64,000 bases of DNA from the NCBI GenBank assembly GCA_963832165.1, contig CAWHTE010000005.1, positions 36,850 through 100,849 on the forward strand, read 5' to 3'. A program made the translations under genes and the position numbers. Within the stretch, counting starts at the first letter, position 1; each line of letters begins with the position of its first letter. Source of the stretch: an uncultured delta proteobacterium (GTDB lineage Bacteria > Myxococcota_A > UBA9160 > SMWR01). Under the pieces are notes generated by a model that searched no databases, had not been told where the DNA came from, and was given only the letters and a program-made list of their open reading frames with translations. This document shows positions 18,017-30,590 of this stretch, in pieces.

Positions 18017-18060
18017 CGCTCGCCTTCGGCTCGCTGCGCGAAACTTGCGGCTCGCTGCGC
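18017..18060. repeat. Short GC-rich dispersed repeat, one full and one partial copy
   Basis: CGCTCGCCTTCGGCTCGCTGCGCG (18017-18040) matches 39715-39738 at 23/24; 18046-18060 matches 39723-39737. Confidence 0.65.
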
Positions 18061-20217
<2,157 letters not shown>

Positions 20218-20333
20218 GTCAGCGGGGGCTCCTCGTACAGATGAAGCAAAAACGATAGCTGCCCCGCCAAGTTGCAGCACGGAGATCGCAGCGCGGTTCA
20301 TGATCGGCCGCCCGTGCGCCGATCGATGGGGGA

Positions 20334-21848
20334 ATGTCCCGCGCCCTGCTCGCCATACCGCTCGTCACGGCGCTGGTCGCGTGGGGCAGCGGCGTGTGCG
20401 GGCGCGCCTTCGACTACGACGAGGTGATGCAGGCCCACGCGATCTGGCAGATCACCGAGGGCCTCGTGCCGTTCCGCGACTTCTTCGAGGTCCACCCGCC
20501 CTTCCTCTGGTACCTGTTCGCGCCCGCGGTGTCGCTGCTGCCGGACGGGCCCGAGCTTCTGTTCGGGCTGCGCGCGCTCTCGGTGCTCGGCTGCGTGGCG
20601 TGGTTCGCCGCACTGCTCGCGGCCGCGCGTGCGGCGCGGCCCGCGCTGCGCGCGGAGTGGTGCATCGCCGCGGCGGCGGTCGCGGCCTGCCACCCGCTCG
20701 CGATCGACTTCGGCGTCCAGTTCCGGCCCGACGTCTGGGTCTGGGCGGCTGCGTTCGCCGTGCTCGCGCGCGCGATCCACGCGCGCGCGGGCTGGCGACG
20801 CGCGGCCGAGCTCGGAGTCGCCGGCACGCTCTGCACACTCGCGCTCCCGAAGCTCGCGCTCCTGTTCCCCGCGTTCGTCGCGATCGACTTCGTGCGCCGC
20901 GACGTGCGCGAGCCGCTCGCGCCCGATCTCGCGGGCTACGCGATCGGCATCGCCACGGGCCTCGCACTCGCCATGGGATTCCTGTTCGCGGTGGGGATCC
21001 AGCCGCTCGCGGCCTGGGACCTCGCGATCCGATATCACGGTTACGTCGCCACGCACGCGGGCTTCCCGCGCGATCTCTGGGACGAGGTGATCAGTGCGCG
21101 CGCTTCGCTCGCGGTGGCGCTCGCGGGCGTGCTCGCGTGGCTGGCGTGGCTGCGGGTCGAGAGCGAGATGCCCACCACGCTCGAGCTCGCCGTGCTCGTC
21201 GCGTGCGGGCTCCAGCTCTGGATCGTTCCGTTCCCGTACGTGCAGTACACGGCGCCCGTATTCGTGCTCGCGGCCATCCTCGTGCCGTACCTGGGCGGCC
21301 TGTCCGAAGCGCTCGGCCGGCGCTGGCGGCCGGCGCCCCGATTCGCGCTCGCCTGCACGTGTCTCGTCGCTGCAGGGCTCGCCGCGGTGCCGCTCGCGCG
21401 GAGCTGGAACAGCCTCGACGCGATCCGTTTCGCGCAGGTTCACGCGGCGGTGCGCGAGCTCGCACCCGAAGGCGAGCGGATCCTCGTGCCGCCGCCGTTC
21501 CACCCGATCGCGCGCCACGACGCGCTGTACGGGCTGATCCAGACCTGGATGCCGTCCGGCGTGACCACCGAGCAGACGGTGCGGCGCCTCGAGCTGCCGA
21601 GCCGCGATTGGCTCAGCGAAGCCAGCTACCGCCGCGAGCTCGAGGCCAACCGGCCCGCGGTGGTGCTGTTCACGGGCACGCGCGAGTTCTTCTACAGCCC
21701 CGAGCAGGCCGCCGCGATCGCGCGCTATCTCGGCGATCACGCGTCGGAGTACAGGCGCGTCGACGGGCTCGAGCCGGCGCTCTGGGTGCGCGCGGACCTC
21801 GTCGTGGCCCAGCAGCCGCGACTTCCGTCGGATACACGCACCCAGTAG
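20334..21848 (+). CDS. Polytopic membrane protein, GT-C/ArnT-like glycosyltransferase
   Basis: DYDE after the first [16 protein letters not shown], many hydrophobic segments, soluble C-terminal domain. Confidence 0.65.
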   Translation: MSRALLAIPLVTALVAWGSGVCGRAFDYDEVMQAHAIWQITEGLVPFRDFFEVHPPFLWYLFAPAVSLLPDGPELLFGLRALSVLGCVAWFAALLAAARAARPALRAEWCIAAAAVAACHPLAIDFGVQFRPDVWVWAAAFAVLARAIHARAGWRRAAELGVAGTLCTLALPKLALLFPAFVAIDFVRRDVREPLAPDLAGYAIGIATGLALAMGFLFAVGIQPLAAWDLAIRYHGYVATHAGFPRDLWDEVISARASLAVALAGVLAWLAWLRVESEMPTTLELAVLVACGLQLWIVPFPYVQYTAPVFVLAAILVPYLGGLSEALGRRWRPAPRFALACTCLVAAGLAAVPLARSWNSLDAIRFAQVHAAVRELAPEGERILVPPPFHPIARHDALYGLIQTWMPSGVTTEQTVRRLELPSRDWLSEASYRRELEANRPAVVLFTGTREFFYSPEQAAAIARYLGDHASEYRRVDGLEPALWVRADLVVAQQPRLPSDTRTQ

Positions 21849-21861
21849 CATCCGGATCCTC

Positions 21862-23079
21862 GTGATCCGCCTGCAAGAGCACTATCGCCGTCCCGATTGG
21901 GTGCGCCGCATGAACTACATGGGCGACTCCGTGCTGGGCGCACACCATCTCGTGTCACTCGAGCCCGACGCGCTGGTCGAGCAGGCGCGCATCGCGGCGG
22001 GGCTCGAGGATTTCGGCGACTTCGACGGCGATTGGCGCGGCCGGCTCGAGCACCTCGTCGAGCAGATCGAGAGCACTGCGCGGCTCCACCTGGTCGGGCG
22101 GCTCATGACGCGACAGGAGATCCTGCGCGGCCTGATCACGCGCCTCCTGCTCACGCAGCGCCGCCGAGCGGAGCCCGCGATCGCGCGCGAGCCGATCGAG
22201 GCGCCGATCGTGATCGCGGGGCCCGCGCGCTCGGGCACCACGATCCTGCACGAGCTCCTGTGGCTCGACCCCGAGGCGCGCAGTCCGCTCGCCTACGAGG
22301 CGCTCCACCCCGCGCCGCCGGCCTCGCTCGCGGGCGAGCTGCGGGCACAGATCGCCGAGTGCGAGCAGGAGCTGTGGTCGGACGTGCAGCCCGAGTTCGC
22401 GGCGGTCCACGAGCTCGCGGCGCGGCTGCCGATGGAATGCATCGCGATCCGCCAGCCCTCGTTCGGCGGCTTCCACTGGCCGATGGCCGCCGACATCCCG
22501 GGCTTCGTGCCCGACTTCCCGAATGCGATGGCCTATCACCGCGCGGTGCTCCAGAGCCTCCAGTACGGCGCGCCGCGCCGCACCTGGGTGCTCAAGACGC
22601 CCGTCTACCTGATGATGCTCGACCTGCTCTTCGCGACCTATCCCGATGCGTCCGTGATCATGACCCATCGCGATCCGGTCAAGACGCTGCCCTCGGGCCT
22701 GTCCACGCTCGCCGCGGTGCGCTGGCTGCGCAGCGACCACGTCGATATCGAGAAGATGGATGGCTACGGCTCGGGGCTGCTCTTGTACGCGCTGACGGAG
22801 CGCGACCGCGCGGGCACACTGCCGGGCCGGCTCGTGAACGTCCAGTTCGCCGATCTGATGCGCGATCCGATCGACGCGATGGAGCGCCTGTATGCAGACC
22901 TCGGGCGGACGTTCCAGTCGACCCACGCCGACCGGATCCGCGACTACCTCGGCCACAAGCCGAAGGGCAAGTTCGGTGCGCACAAGTACACGCCCGAAGA
23001 CTGGGGACTCGACCCGGAGCGCATCCGCCGCGACCTCGCGCCGTACATGGAGCACTACCGGGTGCCGCGCGAGGACTAG
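21862..23079 (+). CDS. PAPS-dependent sulfotransferase family protein
   Basis: GPARSGTTILHELL (5'-PSB), WVLKTP, THRDPVKTLPS (3'-PB). Confidence 0.9.
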   Translation: MIRLQEHYRRPDWVRRMNYMGDSVLGAHHLVSLEPDALVEQARIAAGLEDFGDFDGDWRGRLEHLVEQIESTARLHLVGRLMTRQEILRGLITRLLLTQRRRAEPAIAREPIEAPIVIAGPARSGTTILHELLWLDPEARSPLAYEALHPAPPASLAGELRAQIAECEQELWSDVQPEFAAVHELAARLPMECIAIRQPSFGGFHWPMAADIPGFVPDFPNAMAYHRAVLQSLQYGAPRRTWVLKTPVYLMMLDLLFATYPDASVIMTHRDPVKTLPSGLSTLAAVRWLRSDHVDIEKMDGYGSGLLLYALTERDRAGTLPGRLVNVQFADLMRDPIDAMERLYADLGRTFQSTHADRIRDYLGHKPKGKFGAHKYTPEDWGLDPERIRRDLAPYMEHYRVPRED

Positions 23080-23110
23080 CGCCATCTCTGTGGCGTGTGA
23101 AAATTGCGGC

Positions 23111-24295
23111 GTGCGCCGATCACGCGGCTGGACCCGATTCGCTGCCTGGCTCGTATTGATGCTGGGCGCGTGTGCGAGCCCGCCCGAGCAGACCGCACCC
23201 GAGAGCGTCGGCGACGCGGTCGAACCTGCGCCGCTGATCCCGTCGACGACGCAGGGAAAGGCCTGGGGCGTCTACCGCTACGCGCGCACGCGGGCGTACG
23301 ACGAATCGAAAGGCGTCCGGCACAACCCGGCAACTGACGACTATCGGATCGAGCTTCGGGCGCGCGCGGCGCTGGCCGGGTTCTGGCGCGACGAGCGACC
23401 GCCCGATACCGGGCCCGATCCGTATCTCGACCTGCTCGTCGCACTCGACGACCAGGGGCGCCTCCCGGAGCACGTGCTGGCATCCCTGCTCGAGCCGGGC
23501 TGGACGATCCCGGCCGAAGAGCTCGCGCAGATCGATCTCGCGGCGCTCGCCGAACTCGCGCGCGAGCCGATCCAGGCGCCGACCTTCGCCGTGCCGGAAC
23601 CGCGCTCGGGAGAGGTCCGATCCGTCATCCCGGGCGAGCAGCTCCCGGACCCGCTGGCGCTCCATCCAGACCGCGTTCCGTGCGCGGAGTCGCTGCCGAC
23701 GCTGCGCACGGCGATCCGCGCCTGGGAGCAGGAACGGGATGGGCTCGACGGCGCGCCCGCGGCCGCGGAGAACCGCGCTGAGCTCCTCCAACTGCTCTCG
23801 CTCGGCCGAGGCGAGCCTCCCTTCGCCACGCGCGGCATGACCTGGGTATCCCCGAAGCCTCATTGGCTGCTCTTCGTGGCGGGCTTCTGCGCGATCGAGC
23901 ACGAGGACTACGACGAGGCCGAGCAGTGGCTCGAGAGCGCGGTCGCCATGGCGCCGCACCGCGAGACCGCGCGCCTGGAGCTCGTGCACGCACTCGTCTC
24001 CCAGCGCAAGCTCGATCGCGCGGATGCAGTCGTCGGGGTCACGCTCTCCCGATCGCAGGACCGCTGCGAGCTGGCTCGCGCCTGGCGCAAGCGCGGCTAC
24101 ATCCGTTTCGAGCAGCGCCGGCTCTCCGAGGCCGAGGACGCCTATCACCGCTCGCTCGACTTCGATCCCGAAAGCGGAATCGCGCACTCGGAGCTCGACC
24201 TGCTGCAACGCGAGATCGCGAAGAACGGCGGCACGCCGAAGTGGTACGTGCCGCCCGCTTCCCATTCGCACGTCACGAAATGCCCGCCGTCGTAG
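23111..24295 (+). CDS. Putative lipoprotein with C-terminal TPR repeats
   Basis: LGAC lipobox; [37 protein letters not shown]; start uncertain. Confidence 0.7.
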   Translation: MRRSRGWTRFAAWLVLMLGACASPPEQTAPESVGDAVEPAPLIPSTTQGKAWGVYRYARTRAYDESKGVRHNPATDDYRIELRARAALAGFWRDERPPDTGPDPYLDLLVALDDQGRLPEHVLASLLEPGWTIPAEELAQIDLAALAELAREPIQAPTFAVPEPRSGEVRSVIPGEQLPDPLALHPDRVPCAESLPTLRTAIRAWEQERDGLDGAPAAAENRAELLQLLSLGRGEPPFATRGMTWVSPKPHWLLFVAGFCAIEHEDYDEAEQWLESAVAMAPHRETARLELVHALVSQRKLDRADAVVGVTLSRSQDRCELARAWRKRGYIRFEQRRLSEAEDAYHRSLDFDPESGIAHSELDLLQREIAKNGGTPKWYVPPASHSHVTKCPPS

Positions 24296-24314
24296 GACGG
24301 GCCGCAGTCCGCCG

Positions 24315-27300
24315 CTACATCGATCTCCGATAGCTTCCGCCCACCTCGAACAGCGCATACGTGATCTGCTCGAGGCTCGCGACCTTCACCGTCTCCATGA
24401 GCTCGGCGAATACGTTCGCCGCCGCTCTCTGCGACCTCCTGGAGCCGGCGCAGTGCGATCGGCGCCGCCTCGGCGTGCCGGCGCTGGAACGCGCGCAGGT
24501 TGTCGAGCTGAACGCGCTTCTCGCCCTCGTCCGAGCGCATCAGCTCGCGCGTACGCGGCGCCTCCGCGTGCGGGTTCTCGAACGTGTTCACGCCGATGAT
24601 CGGCAGCGCCCCCGAATCCTTCTGCGACTCGTAATGGAGGCTCTCCTCCTGGATCTTGCTGCGCTGGTAGAGCGTCTCCATCGCGCCGAGCACGCCGCCG
24701 CGCTGGGACAGGCGCTCGAACTCCTCCAGCACCGCGTTCTCGACGGCCTCGGTGAGATAGTCGATCGCGTAGGCGCCCTGGAGCGGGTTCTCGTTGCGCG
24801 CGATCCCGAGCTCGCGGTTGATGATCAGCTGGATCGCCACCGCGCGCCGCACGCTCTCTTCCGTGGGCGTCGTCACGGCCTCGTCGTAGGCGTTGGTGTG
24901 CAGGCTGTTGCACTGGTCCTCGATCGCCGTGAGCGCCTGGAGCGTCGTGCGGATGTCGTTGAACGCCATCTCCTGTGCGTGCAGAGACCGACCCGACGTT
25001 TGGATGTGATACTTGAGCTTCTGGCTGCGTTCGGTCGCGCCGTACCGCTCGCGCAACGCGATCGCCCAGATCCGCCGCGCGACGCGCCCGATCACGCTGT
25101 ACTCCGCGTCGAGCCCGTTGCTGAAGAAGAACGAGAAGTTCGGCGCGAAGTCGTCCACGCTCATCCCGCGCGCGCGGTAGTACTCGCAGTAGGTGAATCC
25201 GTTCGCGAGCGTGAACGCGAGCTGGGTGATCGGGTTCGCTCCGGCCTCGGCGATGTGGTAGCCCGAGATCGAGACCGAGTAGAAGTTGTCGATCTCGTTC
25301 TCGATGAAGTACTGCTGGACGTCGCCCATGACCTTCAGCGAGAAATCCGTGGAGAAGATGCAGGTGTTCTGCGCCTGGTCCTCCTTGAGGATGTCGGCCT
25401 GCACGGTGCCGCGCACGCGGTGCAGCACGTCGGCGCGGATGCGCGCGTAGGTCTCGGCGTCGATGACCTCGTCGCCCGACACCCCCAGTAGCGCGAGCCC
25501 GAGCCCGTCGTGGCCCTCCGGGAGCGGACCCGCATAGCGCGGGAGGTCGCGCGCTGCGAGCTCGGCGCGGACCGCGTCGAGCCGTCCCGTCTCGCGCAGG
25601 TGCTGCTCGACGCCCTGATCGATCGCCGCGTTCAGGAAGAACGCGAGCACCGTGGGCGCGGGCCCGTTGATCGTCATCGAGACGGACGTGCTCGGCGCTG
25701 CGAGGTCGAAGCCGGAGTAGAGCTTCTTCGCGTCGTCCACCGTGCACACCGAGACACCCGAGTTGCCGACCTTGCCGAAGATGTCGGGGCGCGGCGCGGG
25801 ATCGCGACCGTAGAGCGTCACGGAGTCGAACGCGGTCGAGAGCCGCGCGGCGGGCATGCCGCGCGAGACGAGATGGAAGCGGCGGTTCGTGCGCTCGGGC
25901 GTGCCCTCCCCTGCGAACATGCGCGTCGGATCCTCGTCTTCGCGTTTGAACGGAAACACGCCCGCCGTGAACGGGAAGCTCCCGGGCAGGTTCTCGCGGC
26001 GCAGGAAGCGCGCGAGCTCCGCCCAGTCGCGCGTGCGCGGCAGCGCGACCTTGGGCAGCCGCGTGCGCGAGAGCGTCTCGACGTGGTTCTCCACGTCGAT
26101 CGCGCGGCCGCGCACCTCGTAGGACTGGGTATCGGCCGCATAGCGCGCGCGCACCTCGGGCCACTCGCGCAGCGCGTCGGCGAGCTCGGGACCCAGGTCG
26201 GCGAGCGCCGCGTCGCGCGCGGCGCGCAGCGCCGGCGCCTCGGCGCTCTGCGCGTCGAGTGCGGAGATCGAGCGGTCGAGCGCGGCCGCGTCCGCGGCCC
26301 GCTCGGCGAGCCGTTCGGTCTCCGCGTGCCACGCGCGCACGGTCTCGGCGATCTCCGCGAGATACCGCCCGCGCGCGGCCGGAATCAGCGCGCCGGGCAG
26401 CATCCTCGGCGGTCCGCACGGTGTCGGGCGGCCGGTCCAGACCCAGGTGCGGCGCGAGCGCCGCGAACAGCCGGTCGACGCCCGCGTCGTTCCACTGCCG
26501 CGCGATCGTCGGGAAGACGGGCACGTCGGCGTCGGCCAACTCGAACTTTGCGCGGTTGCGCTTCCACTGCTTGCGCACGTCCCGCAGCGCGTCGAGCGCG
26601 CCCTGGCGGTCGCTCTTGTTGAGCACCACCACGTCGGCGAGATCGAGCATGTCGATCTTCTCGAGCTGCGACGGCGCACCGTACTCGGGCGTCATCACAT
26701 AGACCGACGTGTCGACGAGATCGACGACCTCCGAATCGCTCTGCCCGATCCCGGCCGTCTCGACGATCACGAGGTCGAAGTCCGCGGCCTGGAGCACGCG
26801 CAGCGCATCGCCCACGGTCCGCGAGAGCGCGAGGTGGGCCCGCCGCGTCGCGACGCTGCGCACGAAGATGTGCGGGCCGTGGATCGCGTTCATGCGGATC
26901 CGGTCGCCGAGGAGCGCCCCGCCGGTGCGACGCCGCGTCGGATCCACGAGCAGCAGCGCCACGGTCGCATCGGGCCGCGCGCGGCGCAGCCGCAGCACGA
27001 GCTCGTCCACGACGCTCGACTTGCCCGCGCCGCCCGTACCCGTGAAGCCGATCACGGGCGCCGCGGTGCGCGAGCGTCTCGCGGCGAGCGCCGTGCGCCA
27101 GGCCGCCGCCGCGGGGTCGTCCTCGCCCGCGGTCTCGATCTGCGTGATCCACTGCGCGACGACGCCAGGCGCGCCTGGCGAGAGCGCCGACACGTCCGGC
27201 AGTGCGCGCGGCGGCGCCGCGCGGCACTCGTCCAGGAGTGAGCGGATCATGCCCTCGAGCCCGAGCGAGCGGCCCTCGGCCGGACCGAAGACCCGCGCCA

Positions 27301-27670
27301 CACCGCGCGTCTCGAGCTCGCGCGCCTCCTCGGGCGTGATCGTTCCGCCGCCGCCGCCGTACACGCGGATGTGCTCGCCGCCGAGCTCGCGGAGCCGCTC
27401 GACGAGGTAGGCGAAGAACTCCATGTGGCCGCCCTGGTACGAGGACACGGCCACCGCGCGCGCGTCCTCCTGCACCGCGGCGACCGCGATCTCCTCGACC
27501 GAGCGGTCGTGGCCGAGGTGGATCACCTCGGCTCCCTGCGCCTGGAGCAGGCGCCGCATGATGTTGATCGCCGCGTCGTGGCCGTCGAACAGCGACGCGG
27601 CGGTCACCACCCGCACGCGGTCCGATTCGCGCAGCGGATGGAGCGGGACGACCGGGGCCGCGGGGCTCAT
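24315..27670 (-). CDS. icmF: Fused isobutyryl-CoA mutase / G-protein chaperone (frameshifts near 26400 and 24420)
   Basis: [69 protein letters not shown]-terminal [18 protein letters not shown]. Confidence 0.95.
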
Positions 27671-28146
27671 GCGCCCCCCCTCTGCCGCCTTCTCGCGCCG
27701 TTCGAGCCGGCCGCGCCGCCGATCCGATGTCCCACGCGCCCGCGATAGGCGTCGATCTCCTCGCGCAGCGCCACGAGCTCTGCGATCCGCGACTCCACGT
27801 CCGCGCGATGGCGCGCGAGCAGCTCGTCGAGTCGCGCGAGCATCGCGCGCGTCGAGCCCCCGATCGCATACACCGCGTTCAGCTCCTTGATCTCCGCGAG
27901 CGAGAGGCCGAGCGCCTTGAGCCGCGAGATGAAGCCCAGGCGCTCGATCTCGTCCGGCCCATACACACGCCGGCCCCCCGCGCGCCGCCGCACGCCCGGC
28001 AGGAGGCCCAGCTCTTCGTAGTAGCGCAGCGTCCGCGCGGAGATGCCCGCGCGCGAACGCACTTCCGCGATCGACAGGTCGTCGCGCCCGGACCCCGGAC
28101 GGGCCGCGCGCGGGGCCTCCTCGGCCGCATCTGTTTGCCAGCTCAC
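27667..28146 (-). CDS. MerR-family transcriptional regulator
   Basis: SIAEV..RAGISARTLRYYEELGLL..GGRRVY, LGLSLAEIKEL, coiled coil; stop overlaps icmF start. Confidence 0.92.
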   Translation of the reverse strand: MSWQTDAAEEAPRAARPGSGRDDLSIAEVRSRAGISARTLRYYEELGLLPGVRRRAGGRRVYGPDEIERLGFISRLKALGLSLAEIKELNAVYAIGGSTRAMLARLDELLARHRADVESRIAELVALREEIDAYRGRVGHRIGGAAGSNGARRRQRGGA

Positions 28147-28263
28147 GTCAACTGGCTAGCACAGGCCCCGGGCCGCCCGCCAGTCGGGCCGAACGAGTGC
28201 TTCCGGGGAGCCGCCGACGCTCGGGTGTTCCATCTCCAACAAATCCTTTAAGTTCGGAACGAG

Positions 28264-28938
28264 ATGCCTCCCGCGACCCGCGTCGTCACCTACTACGCGG
28301 TCCCCCGGAGCTCCGGCCCGGGCGCCTCCGACCGGCTCGCCGAGCTCTCGCGCACCACGGCCGCGTTCGCACGCACGCGCCGGCTCGTCGTGATCGAGCC
28401 CTTCGTCGAGGTCCAGCGGGGTCGTGAGCGTCCCGAGCTCACGCGCGCCCTGGCGCGCAGCCGCGAGGCGCGCGCGTCGCTGCTCGTGCCGAGCCTCGCC
28501 GCGCTCGGCGGTGACCTCGCGTTCCTCGAAGCGCTGCTCGCCGCGCGTGTCGCGCTGCTCGCGTCGGATCGCGGCGCCGTGCGACGCCCCACCCTGCAGC
28601 TCTTGTGCGACGTCGCACGCCACGCTCAGAACGCCGCCTCCGACCGCAGCCGCGACGCGCTTCACGCCGCGCGCCGGCGCGGCGTGAAGCTCGGCTCGCC
28701 GCGGCCCGAGATCGGCTCGCGCGCGGGCGTCGCGTCGCTGCGCGCGCGCGCGGATGCGCGCGCGCAGGCGCTCGCCCCGGCGCTGCGCGAGCTTCTCCTC
28801 TCGAATCCGTCGGCCTCGCTGCGCGACCTCGCCGCGCTGCTCGAGGAGCTCGCGCTACCGACGCCGCGCCGCGGCCGCTGGGGACCGAGCGCCGTGCGCA
28901 ACGCGCTGCGCCGCACGGGCCTTGCCTCGCCCGCGTAG
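28264..28938 (+). CDS. Resolvase/serine recombinase-like protein with degenerate active site
   Basis: FVEVQRGRERPELTRAL, GVKLGSPR, SLRDLAALL..PTPRRGRW...V; the YxRVS and DRL motifs read YYAVP and AALGG. Confidence 0.75.
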   Translation: MPPATRVVTYYAVPRSSGPGASDRLAELSRTTAAFARTRRLVVIEPFVEVQRGRERPELTRALARSREARASLLVPSLAALGGDLAFLEALLAARVALLASDRGAVRRPTLQLLCDVARHAQNAASDRSRDALHAARRRGVKLGSPRPEIGSRAGVASLRARADARAQALAPALRELLLSNPSASLRDLAALLEELALPTPRRGRWGPSAVRNALRRTGLASPA

Positions 28939-29871
28939 CGAAGCCCTGCGGCCGCGCGACTCCAGCACGAGGACTACGATCGCCGCGACGCCGAGCGGCA
29001 CGAGCAGGAAGATCGCTCGCCACGCGAAGATCATCGCGAGGATCGGTGCGGTCCCGACGCGGTCGCCAAAGACCGCGAGGAAGACGGCCTCGAGCACACC
29101 GAGCCCGGCCGGAACGCGCACGATGAGGCCACCCAGCGCGGCGAGGCCGTAGGTCGCCGCAATCTGCGTGTAGGTGATCGACGTCTCCAGCGGACGCAGC
29201 GCGTAGAGGATCAGCGGCACGAGCATCCAGTAGGCACTGCCGAGACCGATCTGCGCGAGCGCGAAGCGCGGCCCGGGCAACCGATAGTCGCTGCCGCGAA
29301 TCCGGATCGGTGCGCGCCGCACGCTCGCCGCAATCAGGTACCCGGCCACGGGTACCAGCGCGAGCAGCCCGAGACTGCGTCCGACCGCCGGCGAGAGATC
29401 CCACCCGAGCGCGAGCGCCGAGGGGTCGGTGAGCAGCATCGCGCCGAGTACGCTCAGACAACCGCACCAGTTGGTGGCGATCGAGCACACCGCGATCGCG
29501 GCGATCCGCTCCGCGTCGACGCCTTCCCGGGAATAGAGCCGGTAGCGGAACGCGAGTGCTCCCACCATCGCGCCGACATTGAAGTTGAAGGCATAGCTCA
29601 CGAACGGAATCGAGAAGCCGAGCACCGCGGGGAGCCGCACGCCCGCATAGCGCGCCGACAGCCGGTCGTAGCACGCGACCACCGCGTAGCCTGCGGCCGT
29701 GAGCGCGAATGCCGCCGCGAGGCGCGGCGCCGACAGCCGCTGCAGCGCGGCGAGGATCTCGTCCGGATCGACCTCGCGCAGCTCGTCGCTCACCATCCAG
29801 ACGACGACCCCGAAGAACGCGAGCGTCAGCGCCGCGCGCGCGAACCGCTTCGTCCGCTCGCTCACGTCCAT
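28855..29871 (-). CDS. YbhN/UPF0104 (lysylphosphatidylglycerol synthase TM-like) membrane protein
   Basis: YAVVACYD, SYAFNFNVG, FRYRLYS, VPAGLGVLEAVF; downstream of PLD and EEP genes. Confidence 0.85.
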   Translation of the reverse strand: MDVSERTKRFARAALTLAFFGVVVWMVSDELREVDPDEILAALQRLSAPRLAAAFALTAAGYAVVACYDRLSARYAGVRLPAVLGFSIPFVSYAFNFNVGAMVGALAFRYRLYSREGVDAERIAAIAVCSIATNWCGCLSVLGAMLLTDPSALALGWDLSPAVGRSLGLLALVPVAGYLIAASVRRAPIRIRGSDYRLPGPRFALAQIGLGSAYWMLVPLILYALRPLETSITYTQIAATYGLAALGGLIVRVPAGLGVLEAVFLAVFGDRVGTAPILAMIFAWRAIFLLVPLGVAAIVVLVLESRGRRASLRGRGKARAAQRVAHGARSPAAAARRR

Positions 29872-30590
29872 GCCTCCAGCACGCCGCGCACGGGAAGATG
29901 GTCCGACGCCCAGCTCGCGAGCCGGCTGCGATGCGCGCCCAGCTCGACCAGCGCGTGCTGCGGGTGCACCCAGATCCGATCGAGCGCGAGCACGGGCATC
30001 GGGGACGGGAAGCTGCGCACGGCGGGCGATCGACCGAACACCGCGTTCAGTCGCCGCAGCGTGTGGCCCATCGGCGCCCACTCGTTGAAGTCGCCGAGCA
30101 GGATCGTGCAGCCGTCGCCGTGGTGTCCGACCGTGCGCACGAGCATCTCGGTCTGCAGCCGACGCTCGGAATGCCGCAGGCCGAAGTGGGTGACCAGCAC
30201 GCGCACCGGCAGACCACCAACCTCTATGTCGGTATCCAGCAGCGCGCGCGGCTCGCGCCCGGGCACACCGATCTCGATGCGCCGCACCCCCTTCACGGGC
30301 CAGCGCGTCAGCACCGCGTTTCCATAGCTGCCGCTGTGGCGGACAAGCGCCGGCCCGTAGACGGCCGACATGCCGGTCGCGCTCGCGAGGTATTCCGCCT
30401 GGTCGTCGCCATCCTCGACGTGGTAGCGGGCATCGACCTCCTGAAGGGCGACGATGTCGGCATCGAGCTCCCGGATCACGGCCGCCACGCGATCGGCGTC
30501 GCGGCGCATATCGGCACCGATACAGCGATGGATGTTGTAGGTCGCCACGACGGCGAAATGCGGCTGCGCGCGCAGCGATCGGGAGCTCAT
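29862..30590 (-). CDS. Endonuclease/exonuclease/phosphatase family protein, YbhP-like
   Basis: TYNIH, DIVALQEV, GNAVL, GDFNEW, LDRI, SDHLP. Confidence 0.92.
   Translation of the reverse strand: MSSRSLRAQPHFAVVATYNIHRCIGADMRRDADRVAAVIRELDADIVALQEVDARYHVEDGDDQAEYLASATGMSAVYGPALVRHSGSYGNAVLTRWPVKGVRRIEIGVPGREPRALLDTDIEVGGLPVRVLVTHFGLRHSERRLQTEMLVRTVGHHGDGCTILLGDFNEWAPMGHTLRRLNAVFGRSPAVRSFPSPMPVLALDRIWVHPQHALVELGAHRSRLASWASDHLPVRGVLEAWT

Noticed and set aside
20218-20333. Cobalamin riboswitch upstream of the mutase
   Set aside because: Region too short and no B12-box recognised
26380-26420. Programmed frameshifting in icmF (also folP, cusA, kinases)
   Set aside because: No slippery heptamers seen; indels scattered over unrelated genes fit sequencing error
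28855-28938. Functional 84-bp convergent overlap of the recombinase-like and ybhN-like genes
   Set aside because: The ybhN tail is low-complexity and looks like stop-codon loss or an indel error
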